The position numbers and the translations under genes are program-made. A stretch of 64,000 bases of DNA, taken from assembly GCF_009914755.1 (NCBI RefSeq), contig NC_060930.1; one strand, 5' to 3'. The DNA comes from the human T2T-CHM13v2.0 reference genome, Homo sapiens. The notes under the pieces are model-generated. The model did not search any database. It saw nothing but the letters and a program-made list of their open reading frames with translations, and had not been told where the DNA came from. Positions 22,756 through 40,203 of this stretch are shown piece by piece. The stretch's first letter is position 1; each line of letters opens with the position of its first letter.

Positions 22756-25700
22756 TTGACCAAAATATCCTCACATCAACGCTGGTGGAGGCTTCCCACT
22801 TTATGACTTCCTTATAATAGGCCACAGATGTTCAGTGTAAATGACTGTGCAATACATTGATATCAAAAATTGTTATCACCATACCCCATTCCCTTGGATG
22901 ATGAATTTCATTTAGAATTACAAAGGAGCAGGAAAAAGGAAGAGGAAGAGGGCAAAACCTCAAAAGACTTCCAATGTTTCAAGAAAATGTGGGACTTTGT
23001 TGTGCGCCACTATCAAGCTTTTTCCAAATTTGGTTTCCAAATTACTACGGCAAAGAGGTGAGGTTAAAAGGTTTTGCTGTCTGCAGGCAGAAGGCATCTT
23101 TGTGCTGATATGTACCAGCATTCATGTAGAGCTCTAGAGAAAGAGACCCAAGTACTCAGAGACTTTCAAAGGTACAAGTATTATTCTTAGTAATAAACCC
23201 CAAATTGTTATACATAGAAATTTGAAATTTAGAATTTAATAAACTGTAGTTCAAATTAACATAGAATCCTCAGAAAGCAAGGCATAAGGATTTGTTTCCC
23301 TGATTTAAACTGATGATATGATAGGATGCATCTCTTTATACCCTCCGAATCATGAATCTTTTCACGGCCATGAAATAAAACATGTTAGGGTTTTCTCTTG
23401 GCCTGGGGACAAACTGGCTGCCCTTCTGTTAGTCCCATAGATCGGGTCAACTCTCCATGGATATACCAGTACCCCCAGTTTCTGTCTGTCATGACAACTC
23501 ACCTTGGACAATGCTTCAAATTATTAGATAATCCTTATATTAAAACAAAATTTGTTTCCCTGAAGTTTTAAATTTTAATTCATAAACAAGACAATACTTT
23601 AAGATTTTTTTGAGCATCTGCCATGTGCCAGTCCTTGTGAGGGCTTACGAATAAAAAGGTGAGGAAGTTATATGTAGTTTACCTGATCTTGTGGAATTTA
23701 TAGCCCATTTCTCTAGTTCTCTCAATTTTTCCATCCTAATGCTCCTAGGAAATAGATCACATTCCCATTGTAACAGTGGCACTCTACAGCAGGCACATGA
23801 GCATCTCAGCAGAGAAAGGAATTATAACCTGAGGAAGTCCCCAAGTGACTCTACTTACCACATGCCCCTCTTTCAGAATCACTGCTCCAATGGCTCTATA
23901 TTCCTATAGAAGTTTAATCCTACATCAACAGGGTGGCAGGTCAAATATCTGAAGACAATTATTACGCATCTTCTCCCCCAACCCCTCAATTTTTGCATCT
24001 TCAGGCTTAACATGCCACAGAATTCAAACTATGATGGTTGTGTTCTTGAAGAAAAGACTGGCTCAAAAAAAGCTATTGAGAACAGCTGTAAATGCATTTA
24101 CATCTGTAGTTAAATGGAACTGAATCCATCAGGCAGAACCAATAGCTGAGGAGGAGAAAAGGTGATGAGAAGACAGAAGCCTGGGCTACGTGCAGTGCAT
24201 TGAAATGTAGGCTAAAATGAGCAACCAAAAATGCGAGGAACGTGGAAAAGAGAAGAGGGATGCATTGTCCCATCATCTTGTCTTTCTTCATTGTAAGACA
24301 CAATAGATTGTTCCTTGTTGGGGATTGGAAAGGAAGAATTATAGAAGCAAGCATATTCTGTACGGATTGGTCAAACAAGATTTAAAGTGAGAGACAGAGA
24401 AGGAGGAGGAGGGGGAGGAAAAGAAGAAGGAGAAAAAAAGAAATTCTAGGATAAAAATCATTCCCCCTTATAGAGCTGGAATGTGTATAATGTAAAGAGA
24501 CAGTTGCATTAAAGCATTAGGCCTCATGGCCTGATTAACATCATTTGATCTTTTCCTATTGAAAAGACCCTATGTGTTTCCAAAGGCAGTGGCTTTTTAA
24601 ATAAAACCAGAAGTCTGGGTGAGCAGAAAGCTGTTAGAAGAGAAAGCAACTTGTTTTATATTTAATCATCTTTTTATCCTACGTGCTTCATAATCTTCAG
24701 TTTCCTTCTCTCTGTCAGTAGGGGATGCATATAAAGTTAAAAATCTAGACTCTGGCAGATCTAATATGACAAAAACCAACAAATAAAAATTCACTATGAC
24801 CTAAATTGGTCAGATCAGACTTTTGGGCTGCCTGCCTCCAGGAGCTTTTTTTAAATTTTTTATTTTTTCTGATTTTTTTTTTCATCTTTTATTCTCCCTC
24901 CTCTCAGCTATTTAGCTAACAATCACTAAGCGATTTCAGTGAGATTGATTAGCACACCATCATACCAGTTTTTTTTGTGATTTACTTTTTATCTTGCTTT
25001 TCTACATTCTTTTGCAAGTTTCTGGTGAGATTGGCGCTCTTCCTGAATTTGAGAGTGACCATCAGAAAGCCAGAATTTTCCATTAAGCAGTTCGGTGAAG
25101 CATATTGGTGGGGGCAACTGGAGCATCTCCACATCCATGCTGTCATCTCAGTGTGGCCGGGCTAAGAGACGGGGAGGGCTTCTGGTTGTTTGAGAGGACA
25201 GAGCAGTCATCGTAACTAGTTCAGTCTCAGTGGCCCATTCAGCTCCTGGCATAGCTGCCAAGCCAGCCAACAAAGGACCATTGTAATCCTGACGGTTTCC
25301 CAGCAATGACCGGACAGGCGCAGACCACCAACCAGCTCATTTCACTTACACTGTTCACAAGTAAGACCATGAATGGAAAAAAGTCAATGGCAAAAATCCC
25401 ACATCCTGCTAAAGTTGGTTATGTGGACACTTTTCTAGCGAGCGAGTCTGCCTTCAAGCTGGTAATCCTCATACCTGTTTTCTTTGTTTGTTTGTTTTTA
25501 AGTACAATTAGCTTGAATGATAATGCGAAATGCTCGTAGAATCCTACCAAAAATTAGGTTTGAGTTTAAAAAAATAAGAATATAGCATACAATACTTTGA
25601 AAAACAATGTATAATAAAAATAAAATGCCATAAATGTAAAGCAAAATTGAGATAAGTTTTGAGGATAAAAAATAATAATTCCAGCTAGTGTGAGACCACT

Positions 25701-25867
25701 GTGACTATTAAAGAATTAAATTTTGGTGTCTAAAAATGGAGTTTTCAACTATAAAATGGAATTATTTGAACTCAGTTTCCAATTTTAGATACGCAATCAA
25801 AAGTCTGCCTTTTCTGTGAACCAAACCAATGACATCTCTAACTCTGAATTTTTAAAAGTAGCAATAC

Positions 25868-25965
25868 ACCTTGGGAGGCTGAGATGAAAGGATTATTGCC
25901 TAAGCCTAGGAGTTCGACAGCAGCCTGGGCAAAATGGTAGGACCTCATCTCTGTTTTTAAAAAAA
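25868..25965 (+). mobile_element. Alu monomer fragment
   Basis: ttgggaggctgagatg...aggagttcgacagcagcctgggcaaaatgg. Confidence 0.7.
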
Positions 25966-26059
25966 GTAGCAATAAGTAAAATAAAATGTTTAAGAACAAA
26001 GGAAATTCAGAGGTATGTATCATGTATTTACCACTGATTGAAAGTCAGGATGTATTTTT

Positions 26060-26274
26060 TTTTCTTTTTTTTTTTTGAGACGGAGTTCCACTCTTGTTGC
26101 CCAGGCTGGAGTGCAATGGTGCAATCTAGGCTCACTGCAACCTCCACCTCCTAGGTTCAAGCGATTCTCCTGCATCAGCCTCCCAAGTAGCTGGAATTAT
26201 AGATGCCTGCCACAATGCTCGGCTAATTTTTTGTATTTTTAGTAGAGACGGGGTTTCACTGTGTTGGCCAGGCT
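26060..26274 (-). mobile_element. 5'-truncated Alu with TSD GGATGTATTTTT
   Basis: Antisense Alu ending part-way through the left arm; TSD at 26048-26059 and 26275-26286. Confidence 0.9.
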
Positions 26275-26525
26275 GGATGTATTTTTAACAATCAGATAAA
26301 ATGATCTTTTAGTACATTTCAATTAAAAATGTGGCATGATTCCATTTATTTAAATTGCTTTCCTTGTAAGTACAAGTTATAATAATGGGATGCCACATTT
26401 ACTTTTCAGTTATCAAATATTCAAACAAATGATAGTATTCCGTGCTTGTGGGGGACATGGAATGAGAATATGGTGTTTCAACTAGATCCACAATTTTAGA
26501 AAGCAGTATAGCAGAACCTTCATAA

Positions 26526-26883
<358 letters not shown>

Positions 26884-27375
26884 TATAGAAATGTTTTAAC
26901 TATACATATACATAATATTATATTCCAGGCAAGATAAGAAAATAAATACAATATAGTTCATCAGATCAAAAATAAAAGCAAAGCCAAAGAATACGAAAAA
27001 ACAAAGGCCCCAAACAAAATGAGACTAACAGAGTCACTGTTAAGTAAATTGTTAACAAGTAGATGTATATGATTGAATACTATGTAGCTATTAAAATTAA
27101 TGCTTCCAAAGATTCTTAATAATAAGGGAGAATAATTATTTAAATATTAGTTGAAATGAGAAGCTATAATTGAGTGGCTGGCACTGATTTTAGCTTACAA
27201 AAGTACAATAAAATATTTATAGTCATGATCTTGGTCAGTGGAATTTTGGTTGATTTTTCATTGTTTGGGGCTCAGGGAGATTTGATATAACAAATCTCTG
27301 GGAGATTAATTTTTCAACGTTATTCCCAAAGAGCATATGACATTTTTTATAATTATAAAATAAAATCTTTGTTGA

Positions 27376-30526
<3,151 letters not shown>

Positions 30527-31042
30527 AAAAAAAACTTCTTTCTTTTGTCGTAAAAAGAATAATAAAGACTCTAAATTTCCACTTCCCTTACATGTAGCGG
30601 TTATTTTACTTAAACACAATCCAATGACTCAACACCTTAACCTTTTACCAGGAGGCCCTGCTGAGATCATCAGAGGATAATTTTTGATGCTGATTAGACT
30701 GATTTTTAGTTCCTGAAAGAGTACAACAGATTAAGTAACCTAACCTGGATTTATTCTTCTCTTGTGTATATTGTTATCCCAGTATTGCCTATGGGCTTGT
30801 TTGAGACAGATTATCATGGATAGAATGCTGAGTCCTGAACTGTGGCAGAGAAGCCAGCATGCTGGAGCCTGTGTACTGTGAAAAGCCGTCTTAGCCGAAT
30901 AGCTAAGCCACAGGTGCTCCTCATGGAAAGTCTAATCAAGTGTCACAGGTATGAAAACTGGTGATAATCAGAGCCAGAGCTCTTTTACTTCTCTAGAACA
31001 GCATTTTAAAAATTTTTATTTTTAAATTAAATTAAATGAATT

Positions 31043-31192
31043 TTTATTTTTTTGAGTCAGGGTCTTACTCTGTCACCCAGGCTGGAGAGCAATCATAGCT
31101 CAGTGCTGTCTCTAACTCCTGGGCTCAAGTGATCCTCCCACCTCAGCCTCCCAAAATACTAGGATTACAGGCATGAGACAATGTGCCTGGCC
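31043..31192 (-). mobile_element. Partial AluJ/FRAM-like element
   Basis: gagtcagggtcttactctgtcacccaggctgg...ggattacaggcatgag. Confidence 0.8.
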
Positions 31193-32850
31193 TAAACTTT
31201 TGTTTCATAGATAATATACAAGTCTTTTGCTATGAAACTCCAAGAGGACAAGTACCATGTCTCTGTGCAATCATTTGTTCAGTTAGCAGTTTTCCTATTG
31301 TGTTCTATGGAGCTTATTTAGCCTAGTCGTTAAGAGCATAAATCTTTGGAGTCAGCCTCAAGTTGGTAGCACAAGGCTTTCACCATGGCAGGAGGTGAGA
31401 AGGCACATAAGGACCTGCACCAGGCTCCATTTCCCGGCTTGTGGGCTTAGAATCAGGCAGGGTCTAGGGCAGCATCCGGTGGAGCCTGTGCTCCCTGCAC
31501 CCACTTTACCTTTTAGGTCACAGTCCAGGTACCAGGGACTGTGGAGTTTCCTGGCCAAATAGCCCAGTCTATTCCTGACCTGTTCAGGTCTTTTGCCAGC
31601 TCTGTTCTGAAAGTGCCTTGCATCACTGGCGGACCACTCATAGGCCCAAGAGAGGACCAAAGAGCAGGCATTTTGTAGAGGATGAAGAAGGAGCTTGGCT
31701 GTACAAACTGGCATATAGACACCATGAACAATGAGAACGTTTAGCAAAGTGCCTAGCACACAATGAATGCTCAGCAAATGCTATTACCGATCTGTTCCCT
31801 TACTATATTTGCAGGACAAAGAAAAAAAATAATAACAATGAGAATACTAGCTTCTACAGGGGGCACTATTTTAAGTTTAATTCTTGGTATAATCCATAAT
31901 GGAGTCTTTTAGAAAAAATAACTGGGCTACTGTCCTGGCCAAATTCCCATACTTTGTATTCAAGCTAATTACATTCCTCCCCCACTGGATAAATTATTCT
32001 TCACTTCCCCCATAAAAACCATCATGTTGTACTTGTGAAACAAAATAGCTTCTGTGTTCTACAACACACGCAAAAAAATGGTGTGTTTCAATCCATAGTG
32101 TATTTCTCTGGATGACTAATTTGAAAGCTACATTGGGATCCGTTATAGTAGGATGTGAGTTTAGTTCAGTGATGCTTCTGAATAATGATATTCAGATATT
32201 TAATGTCCTATTAAGTGGGACAACGTCACCAGATATGTTCTCCTGGTAACTTGAGACAATTTTTAAAGTATTACCTGGACTGAGATTAGGCAGATGTAAG
32301 CCATTGAACTTACTTCTAAGTCATCGTGTCTCTTAGCAAGCCATTTACCTCATCACATTGATTTTATTTTTAATGCCAAAAGTCTGAACATTCGTAAAAT
32401 GGCTTGCTAAGTATTCTATATTCATCCTGAATTATTAAGAGGTGCACTTTTAAGATAAAGCTGGAGAGAAAAATACTAAGAACTGTTAAGAAATCACTGT
32501 CTTTTTCTCTTTGAGTTTAGTGGCACTTAGGTCTAAAATCCCTATCTGACAATTGATTTTGGAGTGTGAATTCATTTCTCGAGATGACAGAACATGGAAT
32601 GGGTGGGAGTAACTAACCGTTGTGGCAAATGTTCATGAGGGAATAGTACTTAGGGCCTAAGGTATGGCTGAGAGCAGAACTGGCTCCCCTTTGAGAAGTC
32701 CTGCTGATGGAGTAAAAGGATGTGGGGAGAGGGCTAACGTTGTGATCTGGGAGAAAGCTCTAGTCCCATGCTACTTTAGGAGCATTTAAACTCTAGTTTC
32801 AAGTCCTTTAACTGCTTTTAAGAAATATGCCTAAATCTAAACTATTCTAA

Positions 32851-33153
<303 letters not shown>

Positions 33154-34579
33154 TAGATTCTTAGTTTTTAAAGACTTCAGGGAAGAGACAATTCTCACCG
33201 AGTTACCTTTGGCTACATTGTCCCTGTTTGGAAGGAACCTTGTTATTATCAATGGGCAGTTCATTCCCTGTGCCTCGTTTGTGCAGCCCTGGCATACCAA
33301 GTAATATGCTAGTTCTGTGCTCTGTGTAGGTGAAGAATGGTGGTCATCAACCTCTAGTGTATTTGAGGACTTACTAAATTATTGCTCCTAGTTCGAGATG
33401 AAGTAACCCAGGCTGTAACTTTTCCTTTCTGCCTTTATTTCCCAAACTTTCATCTGAAATGTTCTTCTCTTTCTAAATCTCCACGGGTGAAGCAAGGTAG
33501 ACAATTGAGGCAATTACATGTGTCATTCAGACTTAAATGATTATTTGAGACTTGAAGTACTTGAATTATTCAATTAAAAAACAGCTTTCTACCTGACTAA
33601 TTCTAAAAAATCATCTCAATTATTTGTTTTTTGGTTTGTATCCATTGAGGTGCTATATCATTTTTATTTTTATTTTTAAATTTATTGCCTTAGTTTCTTT
33701 GCAAGTATTGGGGGTGGAAACAATACACAACATTAGATTATCATCCCAGTTCTTGCTGTCATTTTGTGTACAAGGTGTAGCCTTTTCTCCAAACTGGAAT
33801 CAAATGGGTGGAGACTCCAGAATAGATTTTTTACTGTAATATGGGTCTAGTTGGTTTGCTGTGTAATGAAATGTCCACATCGTTTTAGAGTGCTATATTT
33901 TATTTCTCAAAATATGTTTCTCTACAGTTAATGAACTATGGATATGGAAGGAAAGTCCCTGTTTTCAATTTCTCCAACAGATTGAAGAGGTTGGCACGTG
34001 GTAAATGTTCAATTAATAAGAGACTTACACAAATAAAGAAGGACTTCAGGGTGCCAGCTAAACTGGTCGATTAGCAATTCAGTTAAATAGCCAGTGAGTC
34101 AGGAGTGAGTTAAAAGGCCACCTGCTAATTTTTAGAGAAAAACTTGTAGTTAAAAGCAAGAGCTTCATACAGATACTAAAAAGTGAAATCAGAAGCAATG
34201 TAAACTATTTGTAACCACAGATAAGATGTGTTGGAGTGGGACCTGTGCTTAAAGCATGGATTGGCCATTTACTAGTCATGTGTTTTAGGACAAGTTTCTT
34301 AGCATTTTTAACTCCTCAGTGTCTAAATTTCCTCATCAGCAAAATGAGAACAATAGTAGCCTGTGCAGTGCTATGGTCAGCATGTATTCCTGGAATGTGT
34401 ATAAAGTGCTTAACATAATGCTCGGAACAAAATAAATAAGAAATAAATACTATTATTTTTATTAAGAAATCCATATCATTAGTTATTACATCCCATGAAA
34501 AAGTATATGAGTAGATTACATATACAATCCCTTCCACATACCAAAAAGCAATAAAAGTCTCTCAAAAGCATCTGGGTGG

Positions 34580-34890
34580 GGCCAGGCATGGTAGCTCACA
34601 TCTGTAATCCCAACATTATAGGAGGCTGAGGAGGTCAGATTGCTTAAACTCAGGAGTTCAAGACTATCCTGAGCAACATGGAGAAACCCTGTCTCTACAG
34701 AAAATACAAAAATTAGCCAGGCATGGTGATGCATGCCTATAGTCCTAGCTACTCCAGAGGCTGATGTGGGGGGATGGCTTGAGCCTAGGAGGCGGAGGTT
34801 GCAGTGAGCCAAGATTGGACCACTGCACTCCAGCCTGGGCAACAGAGCAAGACCCTGTCTCAAAAAACAAGCAAGCAAACAAACAAAAAA
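34580..34890 (+). mobile_element. Alu (AluJ-type)
   Basis: Diverged dimeric Alu, (CAAA)n tail. Confidence 0.9.
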
Positions 34891-36229
34891 CCCCATGAAT
34901 GTATAGGGAAAATTGTGCATTGAGTCATTAGCCTTCATTGAAGCCTTCAAGGTGGTACATCAGGAACTTGAAATTTTATTTAAATTTTGTGAGCTTTGCT
35001 ATACTACCATGCCTCAAAAAAAGGGGGCACAATAGCACCCTACTCAAAGCAAACATCTCTTTCTGGTTTTCATAGTTCTCTCAGTACTGTTATTCTATTT
35101 TTTTTGGCTCAAAACTCTCATTTTTGGTGATTTTAGCTCCTTCATTTCATAACCAGTCAGTCATTGTGATCTCATGTCAGGTCCTTCCTTCCTTCCCATA
35201 TCCACCCCCATAACTGGGGTTTAGATTGCCTATGTTTTGACTACTGCAATAGTGCTTCTGCTTGCAGGTGCAGCTGGAAGCCCTTCTCTTCCTAACCCCT
35301 GTCCATGAGGAGTCGTGTCACCTGGTCCCCCGAGATGGGATTGTAGCAGGAGGGCATGTGTTAAGCCCGTTTCAAGAGATACTCTTCTTGCTCTTGCAGC
35401 TGCTTGCTCTCATCTCTGAGCTGCCCTTCTCAGGCTGCTCTTGCCTTACCGTGAGAATGGGAGGCTGTGGAAAGTTAAGAATGATGAGACTTCTGACCTT
35501 CCCCCCTCTGGTCCTTCTGAATAGCTGGCATGACTCCCAACCTTGCTACAGCACAACCTCGCCATTCCCTGCCTAAGCAGATCCAGAGAGAGTGGCATAT
35601 TGAGAATTAAAGACATGGACTCTAAAACCAGGAGGTCTGGATCAAAATTCCAGTCTGTTACCAACCCACTGTGTGACCCTACACAGCGTACTGAACCTTG
35701 TACCTTAGGTTCTTGATCTGCAAAATGGGCAAAATAATAGTGCCTACCTCATAGGATTATTCAGAAAATTAAACTAGTTAAATATAAGATACTCTAGATA
35801 CTGCCTGCTATATATAAGAACTCAACAATTATTAGACATTATTACACTGCTCAAACACTCACACCCTCACTGCTGGGTAATATTCCCCACTTTGTCTGTG
35901 TTCTTTGTTAGACATTTATTAGATGCTGCCTCAGAGTACTAGTCAATTTAATTGCTTTTAGAAATATTGAACACACCCACGATAGAATATTTTCAGTATA
36001 TTTGACAGGTACAAAGATGAACAATACAAACATCTGGATCTCCATGACCAAACTTTGGAGATGGAATGTTATTAACCCCTAGCAAGACCCTTGAGTGTTG
36101 TTCCAAATCTCATCCACTTCCATTCCCATCCCCATAGGTAGCTTCCATCTGGAATTTTGTGTCTATCACTTCATTGAGTTTCTGCAGTTTTGTCATATAT
36201 AATTTCAATTTTAAATAATAAACCATGTA

Positions 36230-38103
36230 GTAGGCCATTGAAAGATGGGCTAAAGTGATATGCACAACTTTTAGCCCGGGCCACATAAACCCTCCTATCT
36301 AAGCCTCCTCCACTGTGCTCTCTCTATCTCTCTCTCTCCCTCTCTGCCAGTCAGATGGATAAATGTATTGAAGGACTCCGAGGCTCTGTACAATGTCAGA
36401 GCTTGGATACAGAAAGAGCCTGTATCACCCCCTGTATCACCCCTAAAGAAAAGCCATCTAGCCAAAAACACTTATCTTAGACTGCTGTAGGAGTGAGAAA
36501 TAAACTTTTATGTTGTTAGGCCATTTAAATTTTGGAGTTTTTTTTTTTTTTTTCTGTGAAAGTTAATATCCCCTGACAAATACACATCTTAGCACCAGGA
36601 ATTGGGGGCTGCTATCACCAAGAAACTAGAATGTGCAGCATTATCCTAGCAGCCAGTTACTGGGCAATATTAACATTGATATTGGAGGTAGAAGCTAAGA
36701 TGACCCATATTATACAGTGGTTCACCATTTGTTAAAGCTATTACCTAAGAAAACTTGGAAGACAAACCTTGTGCCTACTTAACTGGTAGCTCTGGAGAAA
36801 GTGATTGGAAGATATCAGTGTTCGAAGTATGTTGACTACCATCGGCTGTCTTTGACAAAGTATTGCAATTAATAGATGAGACAAGGACCTGTTTATAAGC
36901 AGAAATGAAACACTCAGTCCTAAAATTTGGTGCGCTGAAACATTGGAAAGACCAATTGCTGCTAAATAACCCAACAGTAAGATGTAGAAACAAAAAAGGC
37001 TCTGAGAGATAAAGAACCAGTAAAACTTCTTGACTAAACAAAATGACTTAGACTTAGAGAAAAGATCAAATTAAAATGTGGCTTTCCCACCTATTGTTTC
37101 AGATAACCATGGATCACTGCCAACATGTTGAAAAATAGAGGCATGGAGTGAGAAAGCTTGGGAATAAATCAGGCTTGAGAATGATCCCTAAGAAAGAACG
37201 ATGAGTGTCCTTATTTGCATATGGAACTCATTCGAAGCAAATGAACCAAAAACTTACTAAGTTTTTGAAAAGATTAATAACCGAAGAAAGCATGATCCTA
37301 GATTAAAAACCAAAACTTTTGACTGTTTGTAACTGAAAACATCTTTGGGCCCCATACTTGTACCAACAGGAATTAGGCTCTAAAATTCAACTTTCTCCAA
37401 AGAAAAGGAAAAAATTGTGATTATCCCATTCCTGTTCCCAAGTGAATATTAGGTGAAAGGATAGGTAACTTGTCATTTAAATTGTGGTTCACAGAGCCCT
37501 ATGGAGAGGACTTCACATCACCCAGAAGTCCTGGACTTGAGCTGGATACAGTAACTCAATGGGACTAGAATTGCCTCCCATGGAAAAAGGGCAAAGTGTT
37601 CTACATATCACAGGATGAGCAAAACAAGTGTTTGGTGTCCATAAATGAAAGACAGGCTGTGGCTAGGACTGGCTAAGTGTTCACCACACTCTCTTTTTTC
37701 TCCCCTGGGCACAGAGCTGGGCTACATTTTCTAGCTTCCTTTGCAGTGAATGCAGCTGTGTGACTGTAGCCAGTGGAATATGGGCAGAAGAGATGTGTGC
37801 CACTCCTAAGTTTGGCCCATAAAATGAACTTCCCTGTTATCCTCTATTGCCTCCTCTTCACCTATCTGATAGCAGATGCAACAAATAGTATCAGTGGACT
37901 CAGAGGACCAAAGTGATGGAAGAGTCATGGACGAATGGAGCCTGAGACCTGAATCATTGCTAAAAGATGAACTACTTAGAAATGTTGTTCGATAAAAAAC
38001 ATCCTATTGGACTGTTGCATGAGTAAGAAATAAGCTTTTGTTGTATTAAACTACTGAAATTTTGAAGTTGTTGCAATAGCAAATGGCTACTTCAATTAAT
38101 TCA
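36230..38103 (+). mobile_element. Ancient MaLR (MLT1-family) element with LTR-internal-LTR structure
   Basis: Partial 5' LTR ends ...gacaaataca (36584), followed by MaLR-int-like start cttagcaccaggaattgggggctgcta; second LTR begins TGTGGC at 37658; both LTRs share gagt.agaaataa.ctttt.tgt and aaattttg.agtt. Confidence 0.65.
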
Positions 38104-38669
38104 AGGGCTATATAGAAAAATTCAGGAAAGGGGGTATTACTATTTCATATGCAATGGTCAGAGAAAGTGTCACTTGCAAATAAGTATTTAAGCAGACACC
38201 TGAGAAAATGAGAAAGAAAGCTTGGGGGTATCCGGGAGAAGAGCCTTCCAAGCAGAGGGACCAGCAAGAACAAATGCTATATCTAGTGGACACATGTGCT
38301 TGGTGCATTTGAAGAAGAGCAAGGAGGCCATTAGTGAGCTGGGGAAGAGTAGCAGGAAACCAGGTCAGTGAGGGCCCAATAGTGTAGGGACATACAGGAC
38401 CTTGTAAGGACTTCGGATTTTATTCTGAGCATAGAAGCCATTGAGGTTTGAATTAAGATATTTATTTTAAAAAAATCCCACTAGCCACTGGGGTTAGGGG
38501 ATTGTGGTGGATAATCAAGGATAGAAGCAGAAAGATCACTTGGGAGGGGGCTGTTTAAATAATCCAGGTGAGAAGCAATGACTGTAGCAGTGGAGGTGGT
38601 GGGAAGGGGTTGGATTCTGGATTTACTTGAGAACAAATAGGGTTTGCTGAGGGATTGAATGTTCATTGT

Positions 38670-38672
<3 letters not shown>

Positions 38673-38713
<41 letters not shown>
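38673..38713. repeat. (CA)n microsatellite within an L2 fragment (~38110-38860)
   Basis: About 20 CA units. Confidence 0.9.
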
Positions 38714-38715
<2 letters not shown>

Positions 38716-39435
38716 GCCACACAAAAAAACAGGCACCAAAATGACCCCAAGATTTTTGGACTGAGCAACTAAAAGGATGTAGTTGTCATTACTGACATGA
38801 GAAGACTGGAAGTGGAGCAAATTCTTGGAGAAAATCAGGAGTTGGTTGTGGACACATTCAGACTGATGCTTGCCTCCTCAGCCTCATCACCACCAACTTA
38901 TTCTTCTCTGTTTTCTCCATCCATCTTGGTTTTTCTCACCATCTGAGAACTTCTTCCCTCCTACTACCCTTTCCTAGTTAATTCCTGCCCCTCAATTCAG
39001 ATATCAACTAAGAAAACTGTTGCTTTCTCCAGGGAATAATTCTTCCTTTATCCTTGGTTGGGATTAGGTCTCCTTGCTGAGTTCTGCCCATCACAGCTTC
39101 ATCTTAATTCCTTGTTTTGTCATTTTCTTCACTGAACTGTGAGCACTGTGAAGGCAGGAGTCCCTTTTGTCTTCATGTTCATCATCATGACTCCAGCTTC
39201 TAACACAGAGCTTGGTATGTGCTAGGTGCTCAAAAAATGTTTGCTGAAAAAACGAGTGAATAAATGAATGAATGTATGAATGAATAAGCACACTATGTCC
39301 CCTTCAAGAGACTTCTTCCAGAGAAATTCTGGTAAAATCTTAACTTTAAGCATGCTTAAACTACTGAGCAAGCAGCTTTTCCGGAGCGATTAATATTTAT
39401 CTGACATTAAAAACTTTGTAACTCAAATATTTCAC

Positions 39436-39600
39436 TTTTTTTTTTTTCTGGAGACAGTGTCTCACTGTGTTGCCCAGGCTGGAGTGCAGTGGCACAATCA
39501 TAGTTCACTGCAGCGTTGACCTCCTGGTCTCAAGAGATCCTCTCGCTTTAGCCTCCCAAGTAGCTGGGATTACAGGCACATGTCTGACCATGCCTGGCCA
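39436..39600 (-). mobile_element. Alu right-arm monomer (FRAM/AluJ-like)
   Basis: ggagacagtgtctcactgtgttgcccaggctggagtgcagtgg...catgcctggcc. Confidence 0.85.
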
Positions 39601-40155
39601 AAAGTTTCACTTTTTACATTAACTACTAAAAACTTTTGGGCAAATACGTGACCCACCAGTAGCCTATGTGGAGGTCCTTATGATATACATTTTAAGCTTT
39701 GTTCCTGCTTGTTTTCTGTGTCATTCTTGTTTTTCCTCATTTGTTTGTCTAACTTTATTATATGCTTTCTCATCATTTGTATATCCTTGTAAGCAATTTT
39801 TTGCGCATTTAATGTATTTTTTATTTTCTAGTAATTTTATTTTTTGGGAGCTTTTTTATTATACAAAAATTAAAACACATCTGAGTGTGGAGACAATAGT
39901 ATGAGAAATGCCCATGTGCTGGCCACCCAGTGTTAACAATGATCAACACATGGCTAATCATGTTTCAGCCATCTCCCCATTTCCACTCTCATGCTGATTA
40001 TTTTGAAACAAAATCTAGACATTATATAAATTATAAATATTTTAGAATGTTTCTCTAAAGATAGGGACTCAAAACTATATAATGACAATATTATTCTCAT
40101 GCCTAAAAATAAGAAATTTCTTATCAAATATTCAATGTTCACATTTTGCAAATTG

Positions 40156-40157
<2 letters not shown>

Positions 40158-40201
<44 letters not shown>
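40158..40201. repeat. (TG)n microsatellite within an old L1M-like fragment (~39850-41200)
   Basis: About 22 uninterrupted TG units. Confidence 0.92.
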
Positions 40202-40203
<2 letters not shown>

